A stretch of DNA of 62,980 nucleotides, filler included, from Sphacelaria rigidula (lineage: Eukaryota), in assembly GCA_964200075.2 (NCBI GenBank). It is 7 parts of 7 records of this genome, joined end to end, with 100 filler letters (N's around TTAATTAATTAA, not from the genome) between each part and the next. Parts side by side here need not be neighbours in the genome. Positions count along the whole stretch, not along the records: positions 18,026 to 26,937 come from CAXNAA020009771.1; positions 27,038 to 35,948 come from CAXNAA020009772.1; positions 36,049 to 44,959 come from CAXNAA020009773.1; 4 more parts are not named here. One strand, 5' to 3'. This document shows, one piece after another, positions 24,901 to 36,428 of this stretch (positions are counted from its first letter, which is position 1; every line of letters starts with the position of its first letter). The position numbers and the translations under genes are program-made. Below the pieces are notes generated by a model that saw only the letters and a program-made list of their open reading frames with translations, did no database searches and was not told the origin of the DNA.

Positions 24901-26270
24901 ATTTTGTGGGGATATCAAGAACAGCAGAAGGACTACAGAAATAGATAGACACGGCGCTAGAATACATAAGGAAATGGAGAGTGACAGCGAATGTCAACAA
25001 ACGCACGGTACTCGTCGGTAACGAAGATAAGGAAAATCTGGCAGAGTTCAAATGGAAGTGGGGAGAAAAGGAATTGCCGATTGTAGACCAGTATACATAC
25101 TGTACCTTGCCGTAGAGATCTAGAAAAACTGTTCTTGTGATGCACACATAAATAAAGCAATATAAAAGGGTAGGCATAGATAGGCAGGCTGGACGTGATC
25201 ATCAGAGACTCGTACCTAGATACTAGGATTGAGAGATGTATCCTGATGAACGTGATTGTATCAAAGCTGGAATATGCAGGAGAAGTATGGCAGGGGAACG
25301 TGAAGTTGGTGAAGAACTTGGAAACAGTACAGATGGCAGCAGCTAAGGAAATACTTGGGTGCTCGAAATTGACGAGTAATACAGCACTGAGAGCAGAGTT
25401 GGGAATATATTCACTTGAAACTAACAGAGACATGTGAAAATTGCGATGGCAATATAGCTTGAATAACATCCAGAGAAAGAGATTGCCAACTATAGCTGAC
25501 AAGGCTGTATGGAAGAAAAGTACGAAAGGGCAGGCTGGAATAGGGTAGAATAGCGCAGTCGAGAAAGTATGGAAGGAGATAGGAGGAAACCAAGACAAAA
25601 TACCGTCCATAAATAGACGAAGGCGCGAGGTACAAGACAAAAGTAAGCGACATGCTAGAAATCAGGGGAAAATGAGCGCTCAGACGCAAAATAGACGAGG
25701 AAGAACACCTGAAGATATATGGGGGGCTGAGAGAGGGGATAGGAATGGAAACATAATATTTGCAAGGCCCAATGGACGCGGCGAAAAATTGGAATCTGCG
25801 CTTTCGGGTGGGGGACCTGGATCTGCCGGAAAGAATGAAGATATTCACCAGTAGTCGAGAGGAGGAGAAAGTAGATGCGCAGAATTGCCCCTGTGGCAGA
25901 GCAATAGAGAGCAGAAGTCATATAGTGGTAGCATGTGAACTATACAAGGAGGAACGAGACGTGCTAGAGGGGGAACTGCAGGACGTGAACGAAGGTGGCA
26001 TGGAATCGTATGATGCATTAGACAGTAGCGAGAAAATGATGGCTATGCCAGGAGATAGATGGTGGCCACAGACGGCGAAACAGGACGGGGGGAAAATATG
26101 TAAACGGTTTTTGTGTAATGTATGGAAGAATCGTAATGAGCCCCTAAATGTTGAAGGTGTTTCTATTAGGAGTAGGAACGGTGCTCCGTCTCGAAGGAGA
26201 TGCGTGGTCCATGGTCAAACGGCTAAGGCAAGCAATAAATTAGTACACCCCCCCCCCCCCCTCCCCTCCC
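21930..26270 (+). mobile_element. Degenerate non-LTR retrotransposon (LINE): APE endonuclease, reverse transcriptase and C-terminal CCHC, with poly(C) end
   Basis: EN remnant WNLCGF..IQE (~22441-22540). RT motifs KPAGVDEI, RGIALLSTVGKTF, LDVQKAYNTV, VAQGCTLS, FVDDFVG. Zinc knuckle CPCGRAIESRSHIVVAC. Many stops and frameshifts; 5' boundary approximate. Confidence 0.95.
23421..23667. mobile_element. MITE (247 bp) nested in the LINE ORF
   Basis: 24-bp TIRs GACACTTTCTACGATAGCCCCCCC / GGGGGGGCTATCGTAGAAGGTGTC, flanked by GCAA. Removal restores IVCNRAIKWW. Related copies at ~51193-51418 and ~28323-28570. Confidence 0.9.
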
Positions 26271-27120
26271 GGGCGGCATTTTTTCGAAAATTGTCATGAT
26301 TTTCTTCTCTCTTGTCAATATATTCTCTTTCCCTTGTACAAAAAATGAAATTCAACAAACCAAATAACCATCTATTCTCAACCAACCAATGTATGAATGA
26401 ATGCATTATTTAATGAATTTAATACATTCCGACCTGCTATATGTATTGTTGAAGATATCAGTAAGAAAGCACTGATAAAAACCGAAAAGTCTGGTGGGCT
26501 GTGCAAGGTTAGTATATTCGCTGCTGCTTCTTGCCCGCTCTGTCCCGATGACCTCGGATGCCGGCCACGCTCACACACATGTATACACACGAGCGCACGG
26601 TAGCGACAGCCTGCAGCCAAAGTAGCAACCTTATCTCAGGCCTTGCCAAGCTTACCCGGGCTACTGGTAGGTACTCGAGGCACACGACACGGAACATGAT
26701 CCCATAAATGTGATCACGGTAAGTGATGAGCTTGGGGGGGCGGCGTGTCCCCCATGTGATCGGTCTCCATGCCAAGGATCTCTGTATACAGCAGCTGACT
26801 GCATTCGCTAACGCCTCGGCACTAACCTAGGGGACAGCAGGCTGGGTGTCCTCCCCCTCATCTCATAAAAACAGCCAATCATCTATGTTGAGGATGGTGC
26901 TTTTGATTGAGGATGAGAACCCGGAGGATTAAAATCTNNNNNNNNNNNNNNNNNNNNNNNNNNNNNNNNNNNNNNNNNNNNTTAATTAATTAANNNNNNN
27001 NNNNNNNNNNNNNNNNNNNNNNNNNNNNNNNNNNNNNATGAGTTGCTTTTTTGTCTGGTATCGCCACTCCCAGAGACAGCCACAGCTTTTACACTGCCTC
27101 ATGGGGGCGGTGGTGGTGGG

Positions 27121-27210
27121 GTACTTATTTATCGCTTGCCTTATAATAGTCGTTCGGCCTTTGACCACGCATCCCTGTCGAGTCGGAGCACTGTTCCTCC
27201 TACTAAAAAA
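27121..27210 (-). mobile_element. 5'-truncated LINE 3' end
   Basis: Reverse complement matches 26165-26250. Followed by a C-rich tail and abuts a partial family A SINE (27038-27105). Confidence 0.75.
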
Positions 27211-27438
27211 TCTCAAGTTCCCAGGGCGGGAAGGTATGTTTTCTGTCGGTGTATTTTCGTCAAAAACACAGCCGTACTATATAGCCCTAGCCGTAACGCT
27301 AACCCTGAGGTAGCTCTACTGCAGACTATTCCATGTCGGTTGATATTCCATTTCCCTTTCTCGCTCCCCCTTGCTTCCCCTCGTGCATTTTCATAATTTT
27401 GTGGAAAATGATGCAATCTGACATCTCGCAGCAAGAAA

Positions 27439-27621
27439 TCATCGCGAGGTGCCACGCCCCCCTGCAATACAGCCGATTCGAGGAAACACCCCGGCCATAC
27501 AAATCCAGCCGATCGTAAATACCCCAGGGTCAGTGATCCATCCGGTCAGAATTCCTCCAGCGCTTGGAGCGGAGACAAGAGCGACAGCGACGACGGCGAC
27601 AAAGTGAATCAATCGGGGCAA
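27439..27621 (-). CDS. Possible first exon with a signal-peptide-like N-terminus
   Basis: MPRLIHFVAVVAVALVSAPSAGG. No other support. Confidence 0.2.
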   Translation of the reverse strand: MPRLIHFVAVVAVALVSAPSAGGILTGWITDPGVFTIGWICMAGVFPRIGCIAGGRGTSR

Positions 27622-29358
27622 GAATGGAAATGGGGTGGGGGAGGGGGCGGCAATATGGATAGCTTAGATGGTGATGATCGTGGGGGTGAAGAGGGAGGGA
27701 GTGGGGAAGAAGAGGAGGAAGAGGAAGACGAGGGGGCGTCCTTTATGGCGGTCGGAGGAGGTTGGCTTAGTTTTTGATTTTTTTGCGCTGTCACTGAAAA
27801 CATGATTGGATAACCTTTTTTTTCAGGCAAGATTCTGGAGATGTTTTTACAGCACGATACATGCGTAGTGTATACTATACACATCAATGGCCGATAGAAT
27901 GATGAAAGCATGGTTGTCCATTTGCACGAACACACGAACCTCACAAGCAAGATGTTAAGTTTTCGCGTTGCAGTAGCATATTTTTTGCTATGACCTTTTA
28001 GTCCGTCATGTCCGCTTATTTACAAAGCCACGTCATGGTTGAAAGTAGATCGTATGTACGTGACCTCAAATGGAGTACACCGTGGCCAGAGTGTTTGCGA
28101 CTCTCAGAATCTGACAGGCTGTTTTCGAGTAGTAGTGCAGCATCCTACATATAGCCTGAGCTTGCGACCAGGCACAAATACAACGCGCGGCATATGGGCA
28201 GCGCCGCACACCAACGGATACTACTTACCCACATCGACGCACTCGAGACAGGATAATAAAAGTCTAATCGTTTTTGTCGACTCTTCACGATGCGACACGG
28301 AGTTGGATATGAACCCACGACTGATGCTGCGTTAGCCCCCCCCCTCCCGCCTACCCAAAATGGCTGGTTTGAGGTGGCAAAATGTACACGTAAATCGAAG
28401 TGAAAAAAACGAGCACCCCGAGGAGCTGGGAACTCCCATCCTTGGGATCGTTTCCGCCAGTGTCGTCCTGTGAGGCGACTCATGAGTCTAAAACCAGCTA
28501 TCGTGCGCTGTATGGCCATTTTTTTCGAGACAGTTTCGGGGCTGGTTTATGGGGGGACTGTCGTGGCATCTCTCCCACCCTTTTTTTGCGACGGACGTGA
28601 GGCTGGGAGATGATTTCGGCGAGGTTGAGAAGTGCAGACTGGAACAGCGCGACAGGCTGTCATGCAGTTTTGTTGATGGATCAGGTCGTTCTGCGTCGTT
28701 TGTTTTTGCGGAGTCTTCTTCAGCAAACGTTGCTGTCTTGCAGTAGTAGTAACAGTAGGTGTGTAGACGAAGCAAGTCAGCTAAATAAAAAACTGAGAAC
28801 TGAAAGTGGGGTGAACGATCATGTGCTAATGATGATAGCGCAGACTAATGCCGAGATAGCTCCCCCACAAAAAGTGCACCGGAGACCGTCCGATAAACCG
28901 GCTGCGATTCCACTATTGGGCTCGTTTGCAGCAATTTCGCCAACATGAGAGGCGTGTAGCAGTCCGAAATCAGCTACTCGTATAATGCCCGAATGAGTCG
29001 CGTCGTGCAGCACGAAACAAGCTTTAACGGCATGCATGATCATCGCCTCCATGCAATTTTTTGGCCGGTTCGAGAAGGGAGTATCTCGGCAGCAGTCCGC
29101 ATCGGCTGGAAAGAAGTGGTTGTGGCGCGTGTCGTTTGGTCTTATCGGACAGCCTGACGCTTGACGGTCGACGCTGATTCGAAAAACGCGGCGGAAATAA
29201 AAATGGTTCGACGAACCCACCCCTCAAGAGACAAACGGTTTCATCGTTTTTTCAGGAGGATGGCAATACGTGCATGGGCATTCTCTATGTGCCCACCTGC
29301 GCCGTTTCTATGCTCTGTTCTTGACGACAGTAGAATTTGTCGCACCCATAGCTACACT

Positions 29359-29640
29359 ATGGCTACGCGAGGAGTCTTTCAGCTTTCGAAACTCAGAATT
29401 CATTACTGTGATATTGGTGGAAGCAGTAGGGGGGCGAGGGATTTCATCAAACAACACGTCGTCAAGTTCGCCAATGAGACACCTGCGGCTGAGATTCAAA
29501 CAGTCATGAAACGAGGGCGTCACCCTTTCCTGTTTGGAGAGTATTTGGATGGCACGCACAAGATGATCACAGTAAAGAATTTGACGCCGAAGGAAATCGA
29601 GGACTATGCAATGATGCTCAAGAATTCCAGTTCGGGCAGG
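29359..29640 (+). CDS. MRPL43: Mitochondrial ribosomal protein mL43 (L51/S25/CI-B8 fold), first coding exon
   Basis: MATRGVFQLSKLRIHYCDIGGSSRGARDFI..GRHPFLFGEY..VKNLT..KNSSSGR, then donor GTGCGT in phase 0. The downstream exon was not located. Confidence 0.9.
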
Positions 29641-31952
29641 GTGCGTATCTTTGTTGGTGTTTTTTTTTGTTGTGTTCCAATCAAGCTGCTTCTTTATGGA
29701 TGTGGTTTTGTGTGGGTGTCCGTCTGGACATGTAGCGGAAAAGGGGCAGCTTAGATGCTACATCATGCTGCGGACACTCCGTGCTCCTATTATGCCTTTA
29801 GTCAATCACGAGCCATTGCTCGTACGTAGGCTTCTGGTCAGGGTAATTTCACCGCGTGGCGACGTGTGAACTTTGAAAGCTAGACGAACGACTTCAATTG
29901 AACGACTGCAACCGACGATCAGAGTTTAGTGTCACGTTTTTTACCACCCCTCCGAAAAACAACACACGGTGAGATCAACAGACTCGATGCCGCATAACAG
30001 TATTATCATGTTAGCCTCCAACCATAGATAACGTTCATGACTACCTCCCCCAAGAACTCTGACCCACCTTAACCCATCGTAGCGCACAAACTGAAAATCG
30101 ATATTTTCCAGCAGCTGGCCCAACGGATACAGAAATTGTACGAGCGCGATGATCATTTCATTCTGAACCTATAAATAACATATGCCAATCACCCTCACAC
30201 CCTGATAAGGCATGGTGGCGGCTATCGTTCAAGGCCGAGATCATGCTCTTGCGCCCACAAAATGGTGCCGCTTTTGCTCCTCGTCGCTTCGTCTGTACCT
30301 TAGCTTTTTCAGTTATGACAACGGTGTATTATGTTGGAACTTGATGCACTTCTGTGTATGTTTCTCAGCCGTACATTGAGACAGAGCAAGTTGTCTCATG
30401 AGGTGCTGTGGAGGTAAAAGATATTGTGATCTCTGCCGTTCGTTTGAGCATAGAATATGCGGCTGAAATGATCATTGAAAAACATAATAACCCAGGCGGT
30501 ATCGCCGCACATGGCTGTTCATGGCGAATTCGAGCTCTCTGGGCCTCACCCCACACTTTCGGTGTACATTTTTGCTGTACTTTGCACGTAAGGCAGTGTA
30601 CCACCTGGAGTTTTCATTCAGGCTCATTGTTATCGCCATTGTTTTCTCAGAGATCTCTGAACTTTTCGGCGTTTATTACAGACTCAGTGATCAGCGTTCT
30701 CGAAAATAAATCGGCTTGATTTTTTCTCTGAACCGTCACGTTTGGAGAAGTCTGGATGCTTCAGACTGCAGCGCAACACTTCGCAGAGATGCCCTGTGAA
30801 CACGCCGTGACGCTCGCAAGCGTGCGAGAGTCATCAGGAATCTTGACAGTAATACCATGGGCCATGTCGCAGAGTGAAAAGCGCCGTGGGTTGGCGGTGT
30901 CCATCTTCTTGGACGGTGTGTTCGTCGGCAGTGATGGTTGAGCCATTGGGGTCATGTACGGTGATCGCCGTTTGCGGACATACACACTTTCGAAGTGAAG
31001 AGCAGAAACAGTCCAGTAGTGAACTACGTTGGCTGCTGTGCTGCTAGGAGTGTATGCTACCGCACCATCTGTTAAGAGTATAGCTGGTGGTGCGGCGGCT
31101 GTATCTGTGCATACAACTGACAGAAAGCAAGCATGCTGAAAACTTTGCGCTGGGCTTTCTACATTTGGTATTTTTATTTGTGTGTACTGCGCAGGGGAAT
31201 TCTCATTTTTTTGTCAGCACAGCAGTATGCAAAACGTAGCTGCATAGGCACAATTCTTACTATTAGTCCAGTCACGTCAAGTGGGACTTTCAACCATATT
31301 GTCGACGCGTCATCGGACGTAAACCACGACGTTTTGTCATCGAGTTCCTGCAAACCCATAATTTTTTGCCACAAGACGTTCGTGATGTCAAGGTATCATC
31401 CGTTGCCCCGATGACGTAGCAAGCAGTGGAGCACCAGAGCAGCGGTCTCTCTCTACACCGCAGAGCTGGTGCGAGCAGGGCGGGTGGTCATGAACACCAA
31501 AGCAGCGACAAAATTCGCTTCACCCTCCCACACACACACTGGTCAATGGTCTTATGACTATGGCATGCATGACCATGAGTATACTCGTCACACGCCACCT
31601 CATTATGCGACACAGTGTCTATTATACTTAGCCCCTCACTCAGGTAGTATATTCCACCCGTCCTCACAGTCGATCCCACTTGCGTGCTGTAGTTTGCCCT
31701 GAAGGAACGAAGGTCAAGTGTGCAGCATTGCTTGATCTTTTCGGGACCGGACTCCCCACAATGGTATGCTAGTGGCACTTTTCCCCACTTTCCCCCCACA
31801 ATCGTGTGTTAGTGGCAGATAAATGTCCATTAGTTTTGTTTTCAAGTCACAAAAAAAGGTGTGAATTGGCATCATTTTGACCTGAAAACAAAAGGAATGG
31901 ACACCTGCCACTAACACATGATTGTGGGGGAAAATGATCCCAAAAGGGTTAA

Positions 31953-32053
31953 CCCCTAGACCACGATGCGGGTAGTCCATCTAGATCATACATACTTTTT
32001 TCAAGTGAAATTGATGTAGATTCAGCAGGTGACCTACCCTCGCGGCCAAAGGG
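31953..32053. mobile_element. piggyBac-like MITE (101 bp), TTAA TSD
   Basis: TTAA-CCCCTAGACC...GGCCAAAGGG-TTAA. Diverged copies at ~45135-45242 and ~45994-46101. Confidence 0.8.
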
Positions 32054-32568
32054 TTAATGGACTGATTGTCGCACATTGACTGAACCTCGCCGGATATAGC
32101 CGTGTTCATTATCCACAAGACAAACATACCCAAGCGAAACAAGACGGGAACACTCACGCTGAAGGAAACCCGAAAAAGAAGACTGGGGAAGTAGGACAAA
32201 CGGAATGAACTGAGCAAAGATGAGGGACAAAAAAACACAAGAAAAACAAAAGAAAAGAAGCGTACAGCCCGAAAACCCGCGATATGCGCCATCATCTCCG
32301 AAAATACGGAGGTTTTCAAAGGTATGTTGAAAAAAAAAGTTGGCCGGCCGGCGCGACGCTGCTGTACTCTTATGGGGGTGAATGGGGGCCGATTTTGAGC
32401 ACTTTATATCGGAAAAATGGACACCAACTCCTCCCTGCAGAAAAAATGGCTCGTAATCGAGCCAATCATATGAATCACAGATACACGCGTCGCCTCCGAA
32501 TAACGACCTCGTTGATATGAAATGTACTTTCATTATAGTACATTTTGCAACAAACCTGTGACTGGCAT

Positions 32569-33599
32569 TTATTGCCATACACCTGTAACAACGTCACAAG
32601 AACAGAAGGATAGAAACTGTTGCGCATGTTGTTGTTGTGCCCCTCTTGTTGCAGTATGTTGTTGTGCGCATCTTTCAACGCGGTTTTTTCGGCAATCAAG
32701 CAGGGGATTGATTGGACTGCGGTTTGATGCGTGCGCTCCCCAAACATTCGAAGTAGTCACTCGCGCGGCGGATTTCCGTAACACGTGCCGCAGAGGCCGC
32801 AGCACTCTGCAAACCGCTGCACCAAACACAAAATGTACTTCAAAACGCGTTCTCTTCAACGTCTTGGGGCTTTTCGGGTCCGCTGTGGCGAATTGAGCAA
32901 ATCCGCCGAGCGAGTAACTCGGTCTAGTGTGTGTGCGGGGGGCTATCAAGTGCCACAGGCCGGTTTGCTCTGTCTCGAGAACGACGCAATGAAAATATTA
33001 CAGCTTTTGCATACTAAACCTAGGTTACTCGGGATGGAGCGTGTGTTCTGTTCGGCACAGATTCGGCATAGGTCCCACCAGTCGATGACGTCTTCATTAT
33101 CCCTCCGCTCTTCATTTATTTATTTATTTTCCCACGTTTTTTATTTCGTTATGACCCCCATTCACCCCCATAACTGTACACCTCACACGGTCGTTGGGGG
33201 AAGGCATTACTTTCGGTGAGAAGATGCTCTGGCAAGTACAATGGGCAGTTTGAGGTATATGTGGATGTTCTTCGGTCACAAATAGGTACAGGGTGTACCT
33301 CCACTGCAGAATTTCCAGCAACGTGATCAACCGAAATGGCCACATGCCTCTCGTTGGCGTGACATGTGTTCTTGAAAAATTATTTTCTCCAAAACGTACT
33401 TCAACAGCGAATCGGGCGGGGAATCATATCTGCTCTTGGTGGAATCTTGGGAGCTGGAACGCCACATTTCCGCTGTTCCGATAGTGGCAGAACAACGATG
33501 GTTGTACATTTTCGAGCTCTCCCCACAAGCATCACTCGTCCAAAAGTACGGCATGTGCTCCGGTCTGCGAACAAAGTCTGCCTCTTCCGTGCTGAGGTC
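32569..33599 (-). CDS. Possible exons of an unknown gene
   Basis: Exon ~33599-33400 (donor GTACGT, phase 2) joins in frame to an acceptor at 32923, giving ..PPDSLLK/PSYSLGGFAQF... No recognisable domain. Confidence 0.3.
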
Positions 33600-36428
33600 T
33601 GACTGGTGCCGATTTTCCCCGCGACAGGCAAAAGAGAATCGGAAGCAGCAGACGATGGAAACAAGGAGGAACCACTCCTGGCAGACCCCACAAAAAACTG
33701 TGTAGCCATCGAGGCAGAAGACAAAGCGGTAGAATGGAACTGCTAGAAGTGTCGTCCATGGCAAGCACTCGTACAGTGTACAGCGTAAGTGTGTACAGAC
33801 AGCACGGCACGGGAACGCAGCGTTGCACTCATGCAGACACACGCTGCAGGTGATATCGCGGAAGGGATACGTCTTATCCGCACGTGAAATCGCCTCGCAA
33901 CCGAACGTATTCAGGGCAATATGCCGCTATACCGGGACTCTCACTGTGTAAGTTTTGTAGACAAGGAAAAAACTTCAGGTGTACCTATCGTGTTCCTCGC
34001 CAACAGGTATACGGCGGTGTCGGCCAATCACGTGGCTGGAATTTTCGGCGTGTTGTACTCGCGGTACACCTTGTATAATACCTATTTTCGGTCGAAACGC
34101 GTCCGCACACACCTGAAACTGTCCATCACCATTTTTCAAAATAAACACACGCACAAACAAACTAGCAAATGCAGGTATTATTTACCGTTCACTGCGATGT
34201 TTCCGCATCTCCCACCGGAGGGAAATTGCATGCCTCGACAACAAAGCCTCGAAACTCGAAACCCATAAATTGCGAGTTAGAACGGCACGTAGTGCACCCC
34301 AGCTTGTAGCAATATAGTAAAAAATCATTTTGCTCGAGACCCTGAGAATATTTTAGGCGGGTTTCTGGGCGCCTCTATTTTTTATTCGGAAAATATGTAT
34401 AATAGTTTACACTCTGTGTAGCTTACACTGTATGAGGCGAGAATTCTGACCTCGACTTGAAACTGCTCGGCTGAAGCACCAAAGAGGCAGTTCCGAAGAG
34501 CAGGTCTTCGCTAATGCAGAGCACCGAGCAGCTCCCAAAAACATCAAACATGGACAGCTTCGCTCAGCACACATGCAGAATTTCTCGGCTTTAGGTTCGG
34601 CCCGCAGATTGCTGTTTCAAAACTGAACCAAACATCAGCCCTCGGTCGTTCGTTGGCGTGAAGAAGCTGCCGGAAAATGCGTTTTTTTCTGTTTTTTGTG
34701 AGAGTTTTTGTCATGAGTGAGGACGGACTGAACTGAACATGCAGTGCCCAGTCTACGAAGAAGTTATTTTCTTCGTTTATTTTGCCACGTTCCCACCAGA
34801 CCAGGTGTGCATTACAAACAGAGCGCATGCATTAGCCGTCGATGGTTGCTAACAATACAGTGACCTTCGACAAACAATGAAACACTGCAGCAAATAACTG
34901 CACCATTTTTGTTATCCACCCTTCCGTCTCGGCCTTGTGAGTCAAATAGTGTATCGTGCGTCGCTCCTGTGAGCACCCATACCCTGCGCTCGACACAACA
35001 GTTTTTTTTTGTCGTACTTTACACCCCTCCCCTTCCTCGGAGTAAGTCCGTGGTCTCAAGGAGACCAGCCCATCTCTCCCCCCGATACATGCCTTGCATT
35101 TTGATCTCGCGGGTTGGATCATGGGTATCAGCAATCCTGCACCGCGTCAATTCTCGTCAAATAAACTCAGTCAACTACTTGTCAGTTAGTATACTGCAAT
35201 ACAGTCGGTTCAAAGTACAGTGTGCTGTGCCGTACAGACTGTACCGCATTAGCATCAAGTCGCGTCTGTTTGATACCGATCTGGTGACAGGGATGAATTA
35301 CGTTTTATTTACGAAACATTCATGAACAGACCGGAGGGAAAGTTTGAAGGGGACACATCAGCAATATCGGATCACACTATTTGAACCATAGCGCTAGCGC
35401 TTCAGAGCTGCCCCCAAGCCGTGACTGCCAATACCCCCGTGACGTTTATGTAACACTGTGCCACCGTGAGTTGGAACTATTGCCTTCAGGGCTGTGTGGG
35501 TGGATATTGACGGTGAATAGGGTTGCTAACAGTTCGTTTTTCTCCCTTGTCGTTCGCGATACTGACGGGAGCGATAGGTGTGGCTCTTGATTGACCGAAT
35601 ACACGAGGTCTGGGAGCTTCTGACTGCGAAAAAAAATCAGTCCAGGAAAGGTATATATTCGAGTATTTCGCCCTTGAAAGGTACTTCGAAGTATAATTAA
35701 TGGGGAAAAAAACGCGAAATCGGAAAACATTCGCCACATACCCCGTTTCCCCGGAATTCTTGACGCAACATCCATTGGGGATATATGTGCTGCATCCGTG
35801 CCTCGTCAACGAAACGGGAAAACATGTATTCTCGTCTCACACGGCCATACACAAAAGAGCGCTCGTCGGCCGAAACCCGCCTTACGCTACGAGCTGGGCC
35901 AGCCTAGAGGCGGATTTGAAGTTTGCAGGCCCATGCTCTTTTATACATNNNNNNNNNNNNNNNNNNNNNNNNNNNNNNNNNNNNNNNNNNNNTTAATTAA
36001 TTAANNNNNNNNNNNNNNNNNNNNNNNNNNNNNNNNNNNNNNNNNNNNTTTTTTTTTTTTTTATTAGTTTTTGTTCTTGTCGTTTTGTTTTTTGTGGTTT
36101 TTTTCCCTTTCCCTTTTTTTTCAAAAAAATACCCCCCCCCCCCCCCCCCCCCCCCCGGTCTGTTTATATAACCTCACCTATGTTGAAAGCTGACATTTTC
36201 ACCCGTTATCCGCGGCGACGCATTTGTGGCCTGCCTTATGGCACGTTCAAGACGGTTCTTTATTTCCTTTTACACTAATCTAATCTCATTTTTCTAGGAA
36301 CCATCCTCCCTTTTCCTCTCTCTCGATCGGTTCCCTTCACGTGAACTTTGGGCGTGGTTCCCGTCCGTTGTTTTGTCCATTGTCCTTCGTTGTTGACCAT
36401 ACCCCGTGGCGTAAATTTATATATGCAG

